Shown here: in pieces, positions 1 through 8,831 of the stretch | Layout of the letters: every line of letters starts with the position of its first letter | Numbering within the stretch: the stretch's first letter is position 1 | Source: an uncultured Deinococcaceae bacterium | Lineage (GTDB): Bacteria > Deinococcota > Deinococci > Deinococcales > Deinococcaceae | Length of the DNA: 64,000 bases | Assembly (NCBI GenBank): GCA_964252075.1 | Contig: CAXULY010000010.1 | Location: 64,327 to 128,326, forward strand | Direction of reading: 5' to 3' | Made by a program: the position numbers and the translations under genes | The notes under the pieces: generated by a model | What the model was told of the DNA's origin: nothing | The model's input: only the letters and a program-made list of their open reading frames with translations | The model's database searches: none

Positions 1-149
1 AGCCGCCTCGGGTGGCCCATGACGCCCCGTGAGGACGTGTGGGTGGCGTTCGTCTTCGGCGTGATGTGGATGGCCCGCCTCACGTCCCTGCTGCTGGGGC
101 AGGTGCAGTCCTACCTAAAGGTCGCGCTCAAAGAGATGGAGGCCCGACC

Positions 150-506
150 ATGACGAACGCCGAACTGATTGCCGCCGCCCGTGATTACGTGGAGCGAAAC
201 GACAAGCCCCTGCAGACCTCACACCACTCCGCCTGGGCGCATTACATCACGCAGCTCGCTGACGCTCTGGAAGCCGCCACGGCCACCCCCGACCCACCTG
301 TGGACCCGGAGGAGGTGGGCGGCGCGTTCGCCGCCGAGATGGCCCGCATGGCGCCGAGCCTCACGCCCCTCCTGAAGGCGATGGAGCAGGACCGCAGGGC
401 CGCCGAGCAGGACTTCCAGCGGAAACGCGAGGAGTTCCACGAGCGCCGCCTCCAGTCTCGCCAGGAGTACGAGGAGCGCGTCCGAAAGATGTTGGAGCGC
501 CGATGA
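150..506 (+). CDS. Phage hypothetical protein (coiled-coil C-terminus)
   Basis: ATG 150 after GGAGG; ATGA overlaps at both ends. Confidence 0.7.
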   Translation: MTNAELIAAARDYVERNDKPLQTSHHSAWAHYITQLADALEAATATPDPPVDPEEVGGAFAAEMARMAPSLTPLLKAMEQDRRAAEQDFQRKREEFHERRLQSRQEYEERVRKMLERR

Positions 507-742
507 CACGCGCACATGCCTTTGACGATACGGTCAGCGCCTTCTGGACCGTCCTCATCCTGGCCGCGATTGTTGGCGCTGTTCTGGCGGTCGGGTTCTT
601 CATCTACAACCAGGGCAAGCTCGGCGGGTACCGGGATGTCCTGCACGGCTACGCGACCATCCAGCAGTACACCCTCCGCAACCGCACCTGCATGGTCGTG
701 GTGACGACGGACGGCTACCGCGAACTGGACTCCTGCCGATGA
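503..742 (+). CDS. Small membrane protein
   Basis: One hydrophobic helix; ATGA-coupled. Confidence 0.65.
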   Translation: MTRAHAFDDTVSAFWTVLILAAIVGAVLAVGFFIYNQGKLGGYRDVLHGYATIQQYTLRNRTCMVVVTTDGYRELDSCR

Positions 743-1608
743 CCGCCGCCACCCTCACCCGCGAGGCACCCATGCCCATGACCCCGATCCGAAAGCCCGG
801 CGAGCACGCTGACCTCATGGCCCGCCTGAAGGTCGCGCGCGAGCGGTACATCACGCGCCAGCTGGACGCGAAGGAGTACGCTCTGGTGCTGCACCGCGCC
901 CGCCGCATGCTCTGGGCGGACGGCATCCTGCACGAGATTGCCTTCCGGGACACCGTGGCGCTCCTGCGCGACGAACGTCAGCGCAGGGCGGACGAGACGG
1001 AGGCCCGCAAGCCCAAGCACACCCACGATGACCGTGCGCATTTCGACCACCACAAGTTGCGCGCCCGCACGCCCACCGCAGGCACGCCCGCCCCGCGCAA
1101 CCGCGCCACGCAGCACGCCCTCACCCCCACGGGCGTCCTCCCTGACCTGTTCCCCGACGCCCGACGAATCCAACCCGAACGCATCCAGCGCCAGGCCGTG
1201 TACCACCTCGCCGCCATCCTGTACCGCGCGCACACGCACGGCTGGCGCACCGCGCCCGGCGCCCGCGAGACATACGGACGCCCCCCCGAAGCGCCCAAGA
1301 CGAACATGCAGAGCCCCACCGCCCGCTGGGTGGTGTTCGACGCCCTCATCGTCAAGCACGGCACCGCCATGCAGGTCCGCGCGCAGATCAACGAGCGGGA
1401 ATACTGGCACGCCCTCCAGAAACTCACCGACGAGCAGCAGCACGAGATCACCACGTACTACCGCCGCAAGCCGTACGTGAACATCCAAGGTCGGGAGAGC
1501 GCGCCGCTACTGGAAGTCGAGGAGCGCGTGGCGTTCCCGGACCTCGCGCACGTGCGTTACCGCGCAACGTATGACGCGTTTGATGCCTTACTCAGCAACC
1601 TCCTCTAA
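739..1608 (+). CDS. Hypothetical protein, possibly late-transcription regulator
   Basis: Lies just before the putative late promoter; helical C-terminus (ALQKLTDEQQHEITTYY) loosely sigma-r4/ArpU-like. Confidence 0.55.
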   Translation: MTAATLTREAPMPMTPIRKPGEHADLMARLKVARERYITRQLDAKEYALVLHRARRMLWADGILHEIAFRDTVALLRDERQRRADETEARKPKHTHDDRAHFDHHKLRARTPTAGTPAPRNRATQHALTPTGVLPDLFPDARRIQPERIQRQAVYHLAAILYRAHTHGWRTAPGARETYGRPPEAPKTNMQSPTARWVVFDALIVKHGTAMQVRAQINEREYWHALQKLTDEQQHEITTYYRRKPYVNIQGRESAPLLEVEERVAFPDLAHVRYRATYDAFDALLSNLL

Positions 1609-1639
1609 GAGCAGTACCAGCGTGAACGCAACAAACCAC

Positions 1640-1686
1640 TTGCATGAAGCCCGCAGATTTGACACACTGAGCACAACAGTTACAAG
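1640..1686 (+). promoter_or_regulatory. Putative late promoter(s)
   Basis: TTGCAT-17-CACACT (1640-1668) and TTGACA-16-TACAAG (1659-1686) in an AT-richer intergenic region. Confidence 0.45.
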
Positions 1687-1724
1687 TGTCTCAACATCAA
1701 CCGGTCCGAGTGAAGACCGCACGC

Positions 1725-1754
1725 GCCGCGTCAAATCTGACGCGGCTTCTCTTT
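1725..1754 (+). terminator. Intrinsic terminator-like hairpin containing GTCAAATCTGAC
   Basis: GCCGCGTCA-AATC-TGACGCGGC followed by TTCTCTTT. Confidence 0.65.
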
Positions 1755-1769
1755 GTGTCAGGAGGTCAG

Positions 1770-1949
1770 ATGTTCGTTTACTCGCCGCTGGTCTACCGCA
1801 TGTGGTTGCGTGGCGTCACCTACGCGCACCTCTGTGACCTCCACGCAAAACGCGACTCGCTGCCCCCGGCGTACCGCAAGGTGCTCGATGACGAGTACGC
1901 GTACCGCACGCCCCGCTGGTGGTCGCACGGCGGCGGCGCCGAAGCGTGA
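1770..1949 (+). CDS. Small phage hypothetical protein
   Basis: AGGAGG then ATG 1770. Confidence 0.65.
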   Translation: MFVYSPLVYRMWLRGVTYAHLCDLHAKRDSLPPAYRKVLDDEYAYRTPRWWSHGGGAEA

Positions 1950-2052
1950 AGCGCAGTCAGATGAAAGCGCACTGGCGTGCATGGCGGGGCACGCGCATCA
2001 ACGGCAACCGCACGGGCCGGCGCACGCAGACGCGGCAACACCGGAGGTGAGG

Positions 2053-2511
2053 ATGAGCGACCGCACCGCCATCATTGATTTCTGCCCCATGTGCTTCGCC
2101 AGCACCGACGACAGCAGTGGAGGTGGCGAGATCGTGCCGAACATCTACTGCATGAACTGCGGCGGGCATCCCATCAAGGCGCCGCGCTGGGCGGTCCAGA
2201 GCATCCGTGAGCAGGCGTCCTGGGTGGGGAAGCGCTACTACCCAAACGAGGAGGACACCGAGCGACAGCGTGAGATTCGGTACTTCCGCGCCCACGCTCC
2301 CGCTGACCCCGCCGATGAGTACAAGCGCCTTGAAGCCGACCCGGATGACCGCACGCAGACGGTCTACCTGCAACTCACCCGCCACTACGCGGGGCAGAGC
2401 GGCACCCGCAGCACCATGATGCCCCTCGCGGACGACACTGAGGCGACCCTTGAGGCGGCGAAGACAAAGCTGAGGGCCGCCCTGCCGTACCCGCCCGCGC
2501 TCGCTGACTGA
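2053..2511 (+). CDS. Zinc-ribbon hypothetical protein
   Basis: CPMC and CMNC motifs; GGAGGTG SD. Confidence 0.7.
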   Translation: MSDRTAIIDFCPMCFASTDDSSGGGEIVPNIYCMNCGGHPIKAPRWAVQSIREQASWVGKRYYPNEEDTERQREIRYFRAHAPADPADEYKRLEADPDDRTQTVYLQLTRHYAGQSGTRSTMMPLADDTEATLEAAKTKLRAALPYPPALAD

Positions 2512-2524
2512 TCGGAGGCCGCAT

Positions 2525-2644
2525 GTGGAACTCCCCCCGACCCACCCGGACTACGGACGCTGGCGAGACTGGCGGGGCCGCTGGCTCACCTGGAGCCGCG
2601 ACTACACGGCGCTGCTGATGCGGCTGTGGTGCAACGAGGCTTGA
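2525..2644 (+). CDS. 39-aa Trp/Arg-rich peptide (MELPPTHPDYGRWRDWRGRWLTW...)
   Basis: GGAGG 2514-2518, GTG start; below the ORF-track cutoff. Confidence 0.5.
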   Translation: MELPPTHPDYGRWRDWRGRWLTWSRDYTALLMRLWCNEA

Positions 2645-2953
2645 CTAATTGCCATCAATCCCAAAGCCGGGCCTGAGCAACTTCAACTCGTGTGCCGCCC
2701 GCATGATTGCGTAGGCGACCATCGAGGGCGGCATGCCCCTATCGCCCATGCCAATCACTTCGCTGCCTTTGACGACCACCGCCGCTTGATTCTCGTGGGA
2801 TGGCTCCGGCTCAACTCCTAGACCGATGGTCACCCAACCAAAGACGCAGCCTTCACGGCGCAGGGCCGCGATGGTCTCACGCATGGGTTCATCAACGAAT
2901 TCAAGCACCTGCTCGAAGTCATCCTGCCCGAGCTCACCAGGATTGAAGTCCAT
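2645..2953 (-). CDS. Antisense moron-like hypothetical protein
   Basis: Protein-like 102-aa ORF opposite the late operon, lower GC. Confidence 0.6.
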   Translation of the reverse strand: MDFNPGELGQDDFEQVLEFVDEPMRETIAALRREGCVFGWVTIGLGVEPEPSHENQAAVVVKGSEVIGMGDRGMPPSMVAYAIMRAAHELKLLRPGFGIDGN

Positions 2954-2976
2954 CCCTCACCCTACCCGGAGGTGCC

Positions 2977-3396
2977 ATGACCCGTAAACAAGGCCCTCCG
3001 AAGGGGCTCAACGAACGACAGCGGAAGTTCTGCGAACTCTACGCCGCGAGCGGCAACGCCAGCCAGGCCGCCATCCGCGCCGGGTACAGCGCCGCGAGTG
3101 CCGCCACAAACTCCGACAAACTACTAAAGAATACGAACGTCCAGCAGTACCTCCTGCAGCTCAGTGAGCAGGCCACCTCCAACCGCATCGCCACCGCCAC
3201 CGAACGCCAGGAGTTCTGGACGGCCATCATGCGCGGCGAAGTGCAGGACGGCGACAACCCCGCGAAACTCACGGACCGTATCAAGGCGTCCGAGCTGCTC
3301 GGCAAAGCGCACGGTGACTTCATTGAGCGCGTGGAGCACAGCGGCGACCTCGGCGTGCTGGGCGTGAACATCATCATGCCGGGCGGTGAGGAATGA
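2977..3396 (+). CDS. terS: Terminase small subunit
   Basis: LNERQRKFCELY..GNASQAAIRAGYS and RIKASELLGK motifs of the Terminase_2 type. Confidence 0.93.
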   Translation: MTRKQGPPKGLNERQRKFCELYAASGNASQAAIRAGYSAASAATNSDKLLKNTNVQQYLLQLSEQATSNRIATATERQEFWTAIMRGEVQDGDNPAKLTDRIKASELLGKAHGDFIERVEHSGDLGVLGVNIIMPGGEE

Positions 3397-4703
3397 CCGC
3401 CGCGCACGACCTCAGCGAAGTCGGCGCGGACGGCATGCTGAACATCCGCCTGCACGCCGGGCAGGCGAAGGCCTTGCGGAGCACGCGTCGCTTCATCCTC
3501 GTCCTTGCAGGCACGCAGGGCGGCAAGACTTCGTTCGGCCCCCTGTGGTTCCTGCAGGAGATCAAGGCGCGCGGCCCCGGCGATTACATCGTCGCCACCC
3601 CCACCTTCCCGCTGCTGGAGCTCAAGCTCCTCCCGGAGTTCCGGCGCCTCTTCGAGCGGCAGCTGAAGCTCGGGCGGTACATCGGCAGCCCCACCAAGAA
3701 GTTCGTGTTCACGGACGAAGGCGCCAAGCGCCTCTTCGGGGACCGCCACCGGCCCGACGTGCCCACGCAGGTGTTCTTCGGGCACGCGCAGGACCCGGAC
3801 AGCCTGGAGTCCGCCACCGCGAAAGCCGCGTGGTTGGACGAGGCCGGGCAGAAGAAGTTCAAGCGCGGCAGCTGGGAGGCCATCCTGCGCCGCCTCAGCA
3901 TCCACATGGGCCGTGTGCTCCTCACCACCACGCCCTACGGCGCATTCGGGTGGCTGAAAACGGAGCTGTACGACCGCTACAAGGCGGGCGACGCGAACGT
4001 GGACGTGGTGAACTTCGAGAGCCGCATGAACCCCAGCTTCCCGCGGGCGGAATGGGACCGCGCGAAAGCGACGCTGCCCGAGTGGAAGTTCGACCTCATG
4101 TACCGCGGCCTCCTCAGCAAACCCGCCGGCCTGATTTACGACGTGTTCGACGCGGACCGTCACGTGATCGAGCCGTTCCGGGTGCCGGAGCAATGGCCGC
4201 GCTACCTTGGCCTGGACTTCGGCGGGGTGAACACTGCCGCGACGAAATGGACGCGCGACCCCAGCACGGGCTACCTCATCTGCTACGCGGAGTACCACGA
4301 GGGCGGACGCATCGCCGCGGAGCACGCCGCCGCCCTCAAGGCGGGCGGGGAGGTGTTCGCGCGCGTGGTGGGCGGCAGTCGCAGTGAGGGGCAGTGGCGC
4401 GCGGAGTTCGCTGCGGGCGGCCTGCCCGTCGCGGGCCCGAAGTTCAGCGACGTGGAGGTCGGCATTGACCGCGTGTACGGCCTCATCAAGCAGGATCAGG
4501 TGCGCATCTTCGACACGTGCGTCGGCCTGTTGGATGAGGTGGAGACGTACAGCCGCGTGATTGGTGAGGACGGCGAGCCCACGGAGGAGATTGAGGACAA
4601 GAGCACGTACCACTTCCTCGACACCGTGCGTTACATCCTCGGGGATCTCGCTGGGCCCATGAGAGAGCGCCGCCAGGACACGGGCGGCGTCGCCACCTAC
4701 TGA
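3393..4703 (+). CDS. terL: Terminase large subunit
   Basis: Walker A AGTQGGKT, Walker B WLDEAG, TTTP, nuclease GLDFG and HFLDTVRY. Confidence 0.95.
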   Translation: MTAAHDLSEVGADGMLNIRLHAGQAKALRSTRRFILVLAGTQGGKTSFGPLWFLQEIKARGPGDYIVATPTFPLLELKLLPEFRRLFERQLKLGRYIGSPTKKFVFTDEGAKRLFGDRHRPDVPTQVFFGHAQDPDSLESATAKAAWLDEAGQKKFKRGSWEAILRRLSIHMGRVLLTTTPYGAFGWLKTELYDRYKAGDANVDVVNFESRMNPSFPRAEWDRAKATLPEWKFDLMYRGLLSKPAGLIYDVFDADRHVIEPFRVPEQWPRYLGLDFGGVNTAATKWTRDPSTGYLICYAEYHEGGRIAAEHAAALKAGGEVFARVVGGSRSEGQWRAEFAAGGLPVAGPKFSDVEVGIDRVYGLIKQDQVRIFDTCVGLLDEVETYSRVIGEDGEPTEEIEDKSTYHFLDTVRYILGDLAGPMRERRQDTGGVATY

Positions 4704-4717
4704 AAGGACGTGAGCGC

Positions 4718-6319
4718 TTGACCCTGCCTCAGACCCTCAGCGCCACGCTCGGCGTGCCGCAACTCACGCTGGACCTCCTCACCGAAGCCCTCGTCACGTC
4801 GCGCGGACGCCCGCCCGCCCCGAACGACCTGAACCTCGACGTGCTGCACGACTACGCGCACGACAACCAGATCGGCACGAACGGGCAGTACTGGCGCGGC
4901 CGCAAGCCCGTGAGCGGCTCCATCACGGACATCCTCGACCAGCTCGTCAGCGACGACCAGATCGGCCCGGCGCTGGACACCCTCGTGGCGGGGCAGCTGG
5001 ACCGCGACCCGGAGTGGGACGTGGTGGTGGAAGGGACGCCCATCGAGGGGAACGCCGAGGGCGTCTTCCCTCCCCCGGTCCCGGAACTCACGGAGTGGCA
5101 CCAGGGCGCGCAGCTCTTCAACGCGCTCCGGGACGCCGCGCGCGCGTACCAGTGGGCGGGGCGCCTGCTGGGGCGCGTGTACATCCCGGACGTGTACCGC
5201 GACCTCATTGTGCCCGGCAAGACATGGACGCTGCAGGAGGCGCTGAGCGTCGTGCATGTGCAGGCCGTGGACCCCCGGCAGGGCGGCCCGCTCGTGGATG
5301 GGCACGGGCGCGTGCTCGGGTATTACTTCGCGTACAGCGTCACGGACCCCCGCACGCGCCTCACCACGAACCTCGTGGAACTTCACACGCCCGACCGCGT
5401 CTGGACCCTCACCGTGCAGAACGGCGCCTTCGCGCCCCTGAATGCCAGCGAGGAGCCCCCGCTGAACCCGTTCGGCTCACTGAACGCCGCCTCGCCCCGC
5501 CGCCCGGAGTTCCTGATGTGGCACGCGGACCGCGATGGGGGCAGCGCCATCACGCCCAGCATCCGCGCGAAGCAGGACAGGTTGAACGCCGCCGCGACGA
5601 ACGCTGGGCGGAACGACGACATGGCCGGGTACCGGCAGATCATCGTCGCGAACGCCGAACAGCCCGTGGACAAAGACGGCAAGCCCGTCCCGTGGACCAC
5701 CGGCCCCGCCGTCGCCATCCGCCTCGTGGGTATCCCGTACGACGATGAGGTGAACGGGGTCGCCATGCCGCGCCGCCACACGCCCACCTGGAACGTCATC
5801 GACCCCGTGGACCCCGCGAAGTTCCAGGGCAGCATCGACATGTGGACGCGCCTCATCGCGCGTGCGTTCGACCAGGAGTGGCGCATCGACCCGCAGGCCG
5901 CCGTGAGCGGCGAGAGCAAACGCGTGAGCCGCAAGGGGCACGACAAGCGCGTCGCGTTCGCCGCGCAGGACAGCGGCGCGTTCCTCGCGTGGGCCCTGCG
6001 CGCCGCGTACGTCCTCGCCAGCACCCTCGTGGGCAAGCAGCAGCTCACCACGGCGCTCAAGACGACCTTCACACCGCGCCTGTACCTGGACGTGGACAGC
6101 ACGAACCTCAGCGAGTACCGCGAGCTCCTCACCGCGTGGCGGGATGGCGGGCTGGACCTGCAGACGCTCGTGGAGGCCACGCCCACCGTGAAGGACAGCG
6201 CGGCGGTCGTGCAGCGCATCAAGGACGAGTGGAAGGAACGCGGCGGCGCCCCGGCGCTCGGCAGCACCACCCCACCCACCACCGGCACGCCGCCCGCCGT
6301 GCCGCAGGGAGACGCATGA
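4718..6319 (+). CDS. Portal protein
   Basis: 533 aa directly after terL; SGES.R motif. Confidence 0.8.
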   Translation: MTLPQTLSATLGVPQLTLDLLTEALVTSRGRPPAPNDLNLDVLHDYAHDNQIGTNGQYWRGRKPVSGSITDILDQLVSDDQIGPALDTLVAGQLDRDPEWDVVVEGTPIEGNAEGVFPPPVPELTEWHQGAQLFNALRDAARAYQWAGRLLGRVYIPDVYRDLIVPGKTWTLQEALSVVHVQAVDPRQGGPLVDGHGRVLGYYFAYSVTDPRTRLTTNLVELHTPDRVWTLTVQNGAFAPLNASEEPPLNPFGSLNAASPRRPEFLMWHADRDGGSAITPSIRAKQDRLNAAATNAGRNDDMAGYRQIIVANAEQPVDKDGKPVPWTTGPAVAIRLVGIPYDDEVNGVAMPRRHTPTWNVIDPVDPAKFQGSIDMWTRLIARAFDQEWRIDPQAAVSGESKRVSRKGHDKRVAFAAQDSGAFLAWALRAAYVLASTLVGKQQLTTALKTTFTPRLYLDVDSTNLSEYRELLTAWRDGGLDLQTLVEATPTVKDSAAVVQRIKDEWKERGGAPALGSTTPPTTGTPPAVPQGDA

Positions 6320-6603
6320 GCCAACCCGACACCGTGACCGTGTTTGAGGTGGAAGACCCAACCGTGACCCTTGAACAAGGTGTGTTCCAAGTCACGCACT
6401 ACAACGACAAGGGCGGTGAGCAGGGCAACCCGCTTGTGATCCTCACGAATGGGCGCCGCCTGTTCTTCGGGAGCGACGGCATGTACGACGCGGATGATCT
6501 GGAGGAGGACGGCTCCTTTAAGGCGGGGCGGTGGCCCGGCAACGTGAACTGGGAGGAGCTTCTGCAGCTCTTGGACGGCTGGCGGAACTTTACCCGGAAC
6601 TAA
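6316..6603 (+). CDS. Hypothetical protein flanked by a 16-bp direct repeat
   Basis: GGAG SD, ATG 6316. Confidence 0.7.
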   Translation: MSQPDTVTVFEVEDPTVTLEQGVFQVTHYNDKGGEQGNPLVILTNGRRLFFGSDGMYDADDLEEDGSFKAGRWPGNVNWEELLQLLDGWRNFTRN

Positions 6604-6611
6604 GGAGACGC

Positions 6612-6857
6612 ATGAGCCATGAAGCACTGACCGGTCCGGTCAAGTGGATGCCCACTGTCATTCAGAACTGCGACTTCGTGACCCTCAACCCGGACGGCAC
6701 CGAAGCGTCCCGCGTCCACATTGACTACCTCGAACTGCCCGGGCAACGGCTCTCAAAGGTTGAGCACGTCAGCGACGAAGAAATGCGGGCGGGACTCGAA
6801 GAAGTCTTCGAGCAGTACGGCGAGGTGCTTCAGCGTTTGGCAGACGAGGGGGACTGA
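6612..6857 (+). CDS. Hypothetical protein, antitoxin-like C-terminus
   Basis: AAGGAG SD; EEVFEQYGEVLQRLA. Confidence 0.65.
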   Translation: MSHEALTGPVKWMPTVIQNCDFVTLNPDGTEASRVHIDYLELPGQRLSKVEHVSDEEMRAGLEEVFEQYGEVLQRLADEGD

Positions 6858-7054
6858 TGGAACCTGACGAGAAAGCCGCTGCGCTGGAGATCCTGCGAAC
6901 CCTAGCGGACCGCATTGAGCGGGACGAGGTGAGCCTTGTGGGGTTCGAGGCGAGGGACATCACGCCGCCAATAGATGCCGACCTCTACGGCCGTTCCACT
7001 CGCAGAGACAAGCCGCGCACGACCGCTATGACGCTGTACCTGAAGGGCACATGA
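6857..7054 (+). CDS. Small hypothetical protein
   Basis: TGATG coupling. Confidence 0.6.
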   Translation: MEPDEKAAALEILRTLADRIERDEVSLVGFEARDITPPIDADLYGRSTRRDKPRTTAMTLYLKGT

Positions 7055-7572
7055 CGCTCCATCACCAGAAGCAGCCTGAGCGCTTCGGGTGCCTGTACCA
7101 CGCCCTGTACGCCATCACGGGCGATGAGCGCGCCCTGCAGTACACCGAGGACATCAGTGAGTTGCGCTTCCACGCGCGGGCCGTGCAACTCGGCTACCTC
7201 CTACTCCCGCTCTACGTGTGCGACGCGCCCCTCGGCGGGCGCTTCGGCATGGGCTGGTGGGACGCCCTGCGCGCACGCGTTCCCGCCGCCGAACCCCTCC
7301 CCGTCATGGTGAGCATCGAGCAGCGGCACGACCCGCGTGTTCACCACGTGGTTGCCCTGTGCCTCCGCCACGACGGGCCCGTGACGGTCAGTGACAGCAG
7401 CGCCGACACCTTCCTCACCCTCGACTGGCACACCTTCCAGGCCAGCCCGTACGCCCGCGCGTTCCGCGTGGAGGGCATCGGCACCACGGACGTGGACGCG
7501 TACCCCTATGAGAGCGCCCGTGAACGGTTGACGCAGCTGGACCGCGAGCGCCACCCGGACCTCACGCTCTAA
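7051..7572 (+). CDS. Putative papain-fold (C39-like) cysteine peptidase
   Basis: Q-x5-C near the N-terminus (QPERFGC), then HHVVAL...VSDS giving candidate His/Asp. Confidence 0.5.
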   Translation: MTLHHQKQPERFGCLYHALYAITGDERALQYTEDISELRFHARAVQLGYLLLPLYVCDAPLGGRFGMGWWDALRARVPAAEPLPVMVSIEQRHDPRVHHVVALCLRHDGPVTVSDSSADTFLTLDWHTFQASPYARAFRVEGIGTTDVDAYPYESARERLTQLDRERHPDLTL

Positions 7573-7667
7573 ACCCGTGGCGGTGCGGGCTGGCCCGCGC
7601 GTAAGTCCTGCAGCCCCAAGCGGCCCACCCTGGCGGTGGGCCTTCGCGTTCCCTGGAGGGACAGACC
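7573..7667 (+). promoter_or_regulatory. Structured scaffold-gene leader with tandem TGG-loop hairpins
   Basis: GCGGG-CTGG-CCCGC, GGCCCACC-CTGGC-GGTGGGCC, TCCC-TGGA-GGGA (covers the SD). Confidence 0.55.
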
Positions 7668-8414
7668 ATGAAGAGAACCCTTGCCCTGACCGCCCTGCTG
7701 GCCCTCAAGACGCCCCCGCGCTTCGGTGACGGCGACGACGACAGGTTGACGCGCGCCGAGTGGGAACGCCAGCGCGCCGCCGACCTCGCCAAGCGCGACA
7801 TCGGTGAACTCGCCAGCAAGGTCGCTGCTCTGGAGTACGACCTGAAGGTGAAGCGCACGGAGCTTGAGGACACGCAGAAGAAACTGCCCCAGGAGGGCAG
7901 TGTGCTCCTGTCCAAGTCGGACGCGGAGCGGTGGGCGGCGTACCAGACCCTCGGGAAGCCCGACGAGATCAAGACGAAGCTGGGCGAGCGCGACACCTAC
8001 GAGAAGGAAGCAGGCGACCTGCGGCGCGAGAAGCACCTCGGGAAGCTCGAAACCATCGCGAAGGTGAAGATGAGCGCCCTGCAGCGCGTCGCGCCGGAAG
8101 GTGTCACGTACGAGGCCGGGAAGGTCAAGGACAAGGACGGGAACGAGGTGGACGCCGTGCTCGTCAAGGACAAGGACGGCAAGGACCTCGGTGAGTTGCG
8201 CGAGTGGATCGGGAAGACGCCGGAACTCGCGGACTTCAAGGTCGCGCTCTTCACGGACGCCGGGGACAGCCAGGGCGCTGCACCCGGCAGCACCACCGCT
8301 GGCGGCGCGCTGCCGTTCAGCGTCCCGATGGGCGGCGCGGCCTCCGGGCCCGCCTCCCGCACCCCCGCCGACATCGCCGCTGAGAAGCGCGCGAGCGGCG
8401 AGTACAGCATGTAG
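7668..8414 (+). CDS. Capsid scaffolding protein
   Basis: Coiled-coil, Gly/Ala linker, position before capsid genes. Confidence 0.8.
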   Translation: MKRTLALTALLALKTPPRFGDGDDDRLTRAEWERQRAADLAKRDIGELASKVAALEYDLKVKRTELEDTQKKLPQEGSVLLSKSDAERWAAYQTLGKPDEIKTKLGERDTYEKEAGDLRREKHLGKLETIAKVKMSALQRVAPEGVTYEAGKVKDKDGNEVDAVLVKDKDGKDLGELREWIGKTPELADFKVALFTDAGDSQGAAPGSTTAGGALPFSVPMGGAASGPASRTPADIAAEKRASGEYSM

Positions 8415-8429
8415 ACAGGAGAGCATCAC

Positions 8430-8831
8430 ATGGCAGACATCACCATCAGCACGCGCTCGTCGGTGGACACCACGAGCGCGCAGTTCGCCCAGCAGCACGC
8501 GGGCAAGGTGCTCGGCGCCGACGTGCTCGCCGGGCAGCCCCTGGAGCTCCGCACGGACGGCAAGGTGTACCCCTTCGCGGGCACCACCGGCGCGGTGTTC
8601 TTCGGCATCAGCCCCCGCAACGCGAAGGCCCTGCAGCCCCTCACCTGCTACGGGCTCAGCACGCAGTTCCACGCGGCGGAAGGCACCCTCACCATCGGCA
8701 AGACGTACTACCTGTCGGACACGGCGGGCAAGATCGCGGACGCCGCGGGCACGAAGGACGCCAACGGCAGCTTCTTCGCGGTCAGCGTGAACGACCTCAT
8801 CGTGACGCGCAGCTTCGGGAAGGTGGGCTGA
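8430..8831 (+). CDS. Head decoration/cement-like protein
   Basis: 133 aa, small-residue beta-rich, between scaffold and MCP. Confidence 0.7.
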   Translation: MADITISTRSSVDTTSAQFAQQHAGKVLGADVLAGQPLELRTDGKVYPFAGTTGAVFFGISPRNAKALQPLTCYGLSTQFHAAEGTLTIGKTYYLSDTAGKIADAAGTKDANGSFFAVSVNDLIVTRSFGKVG

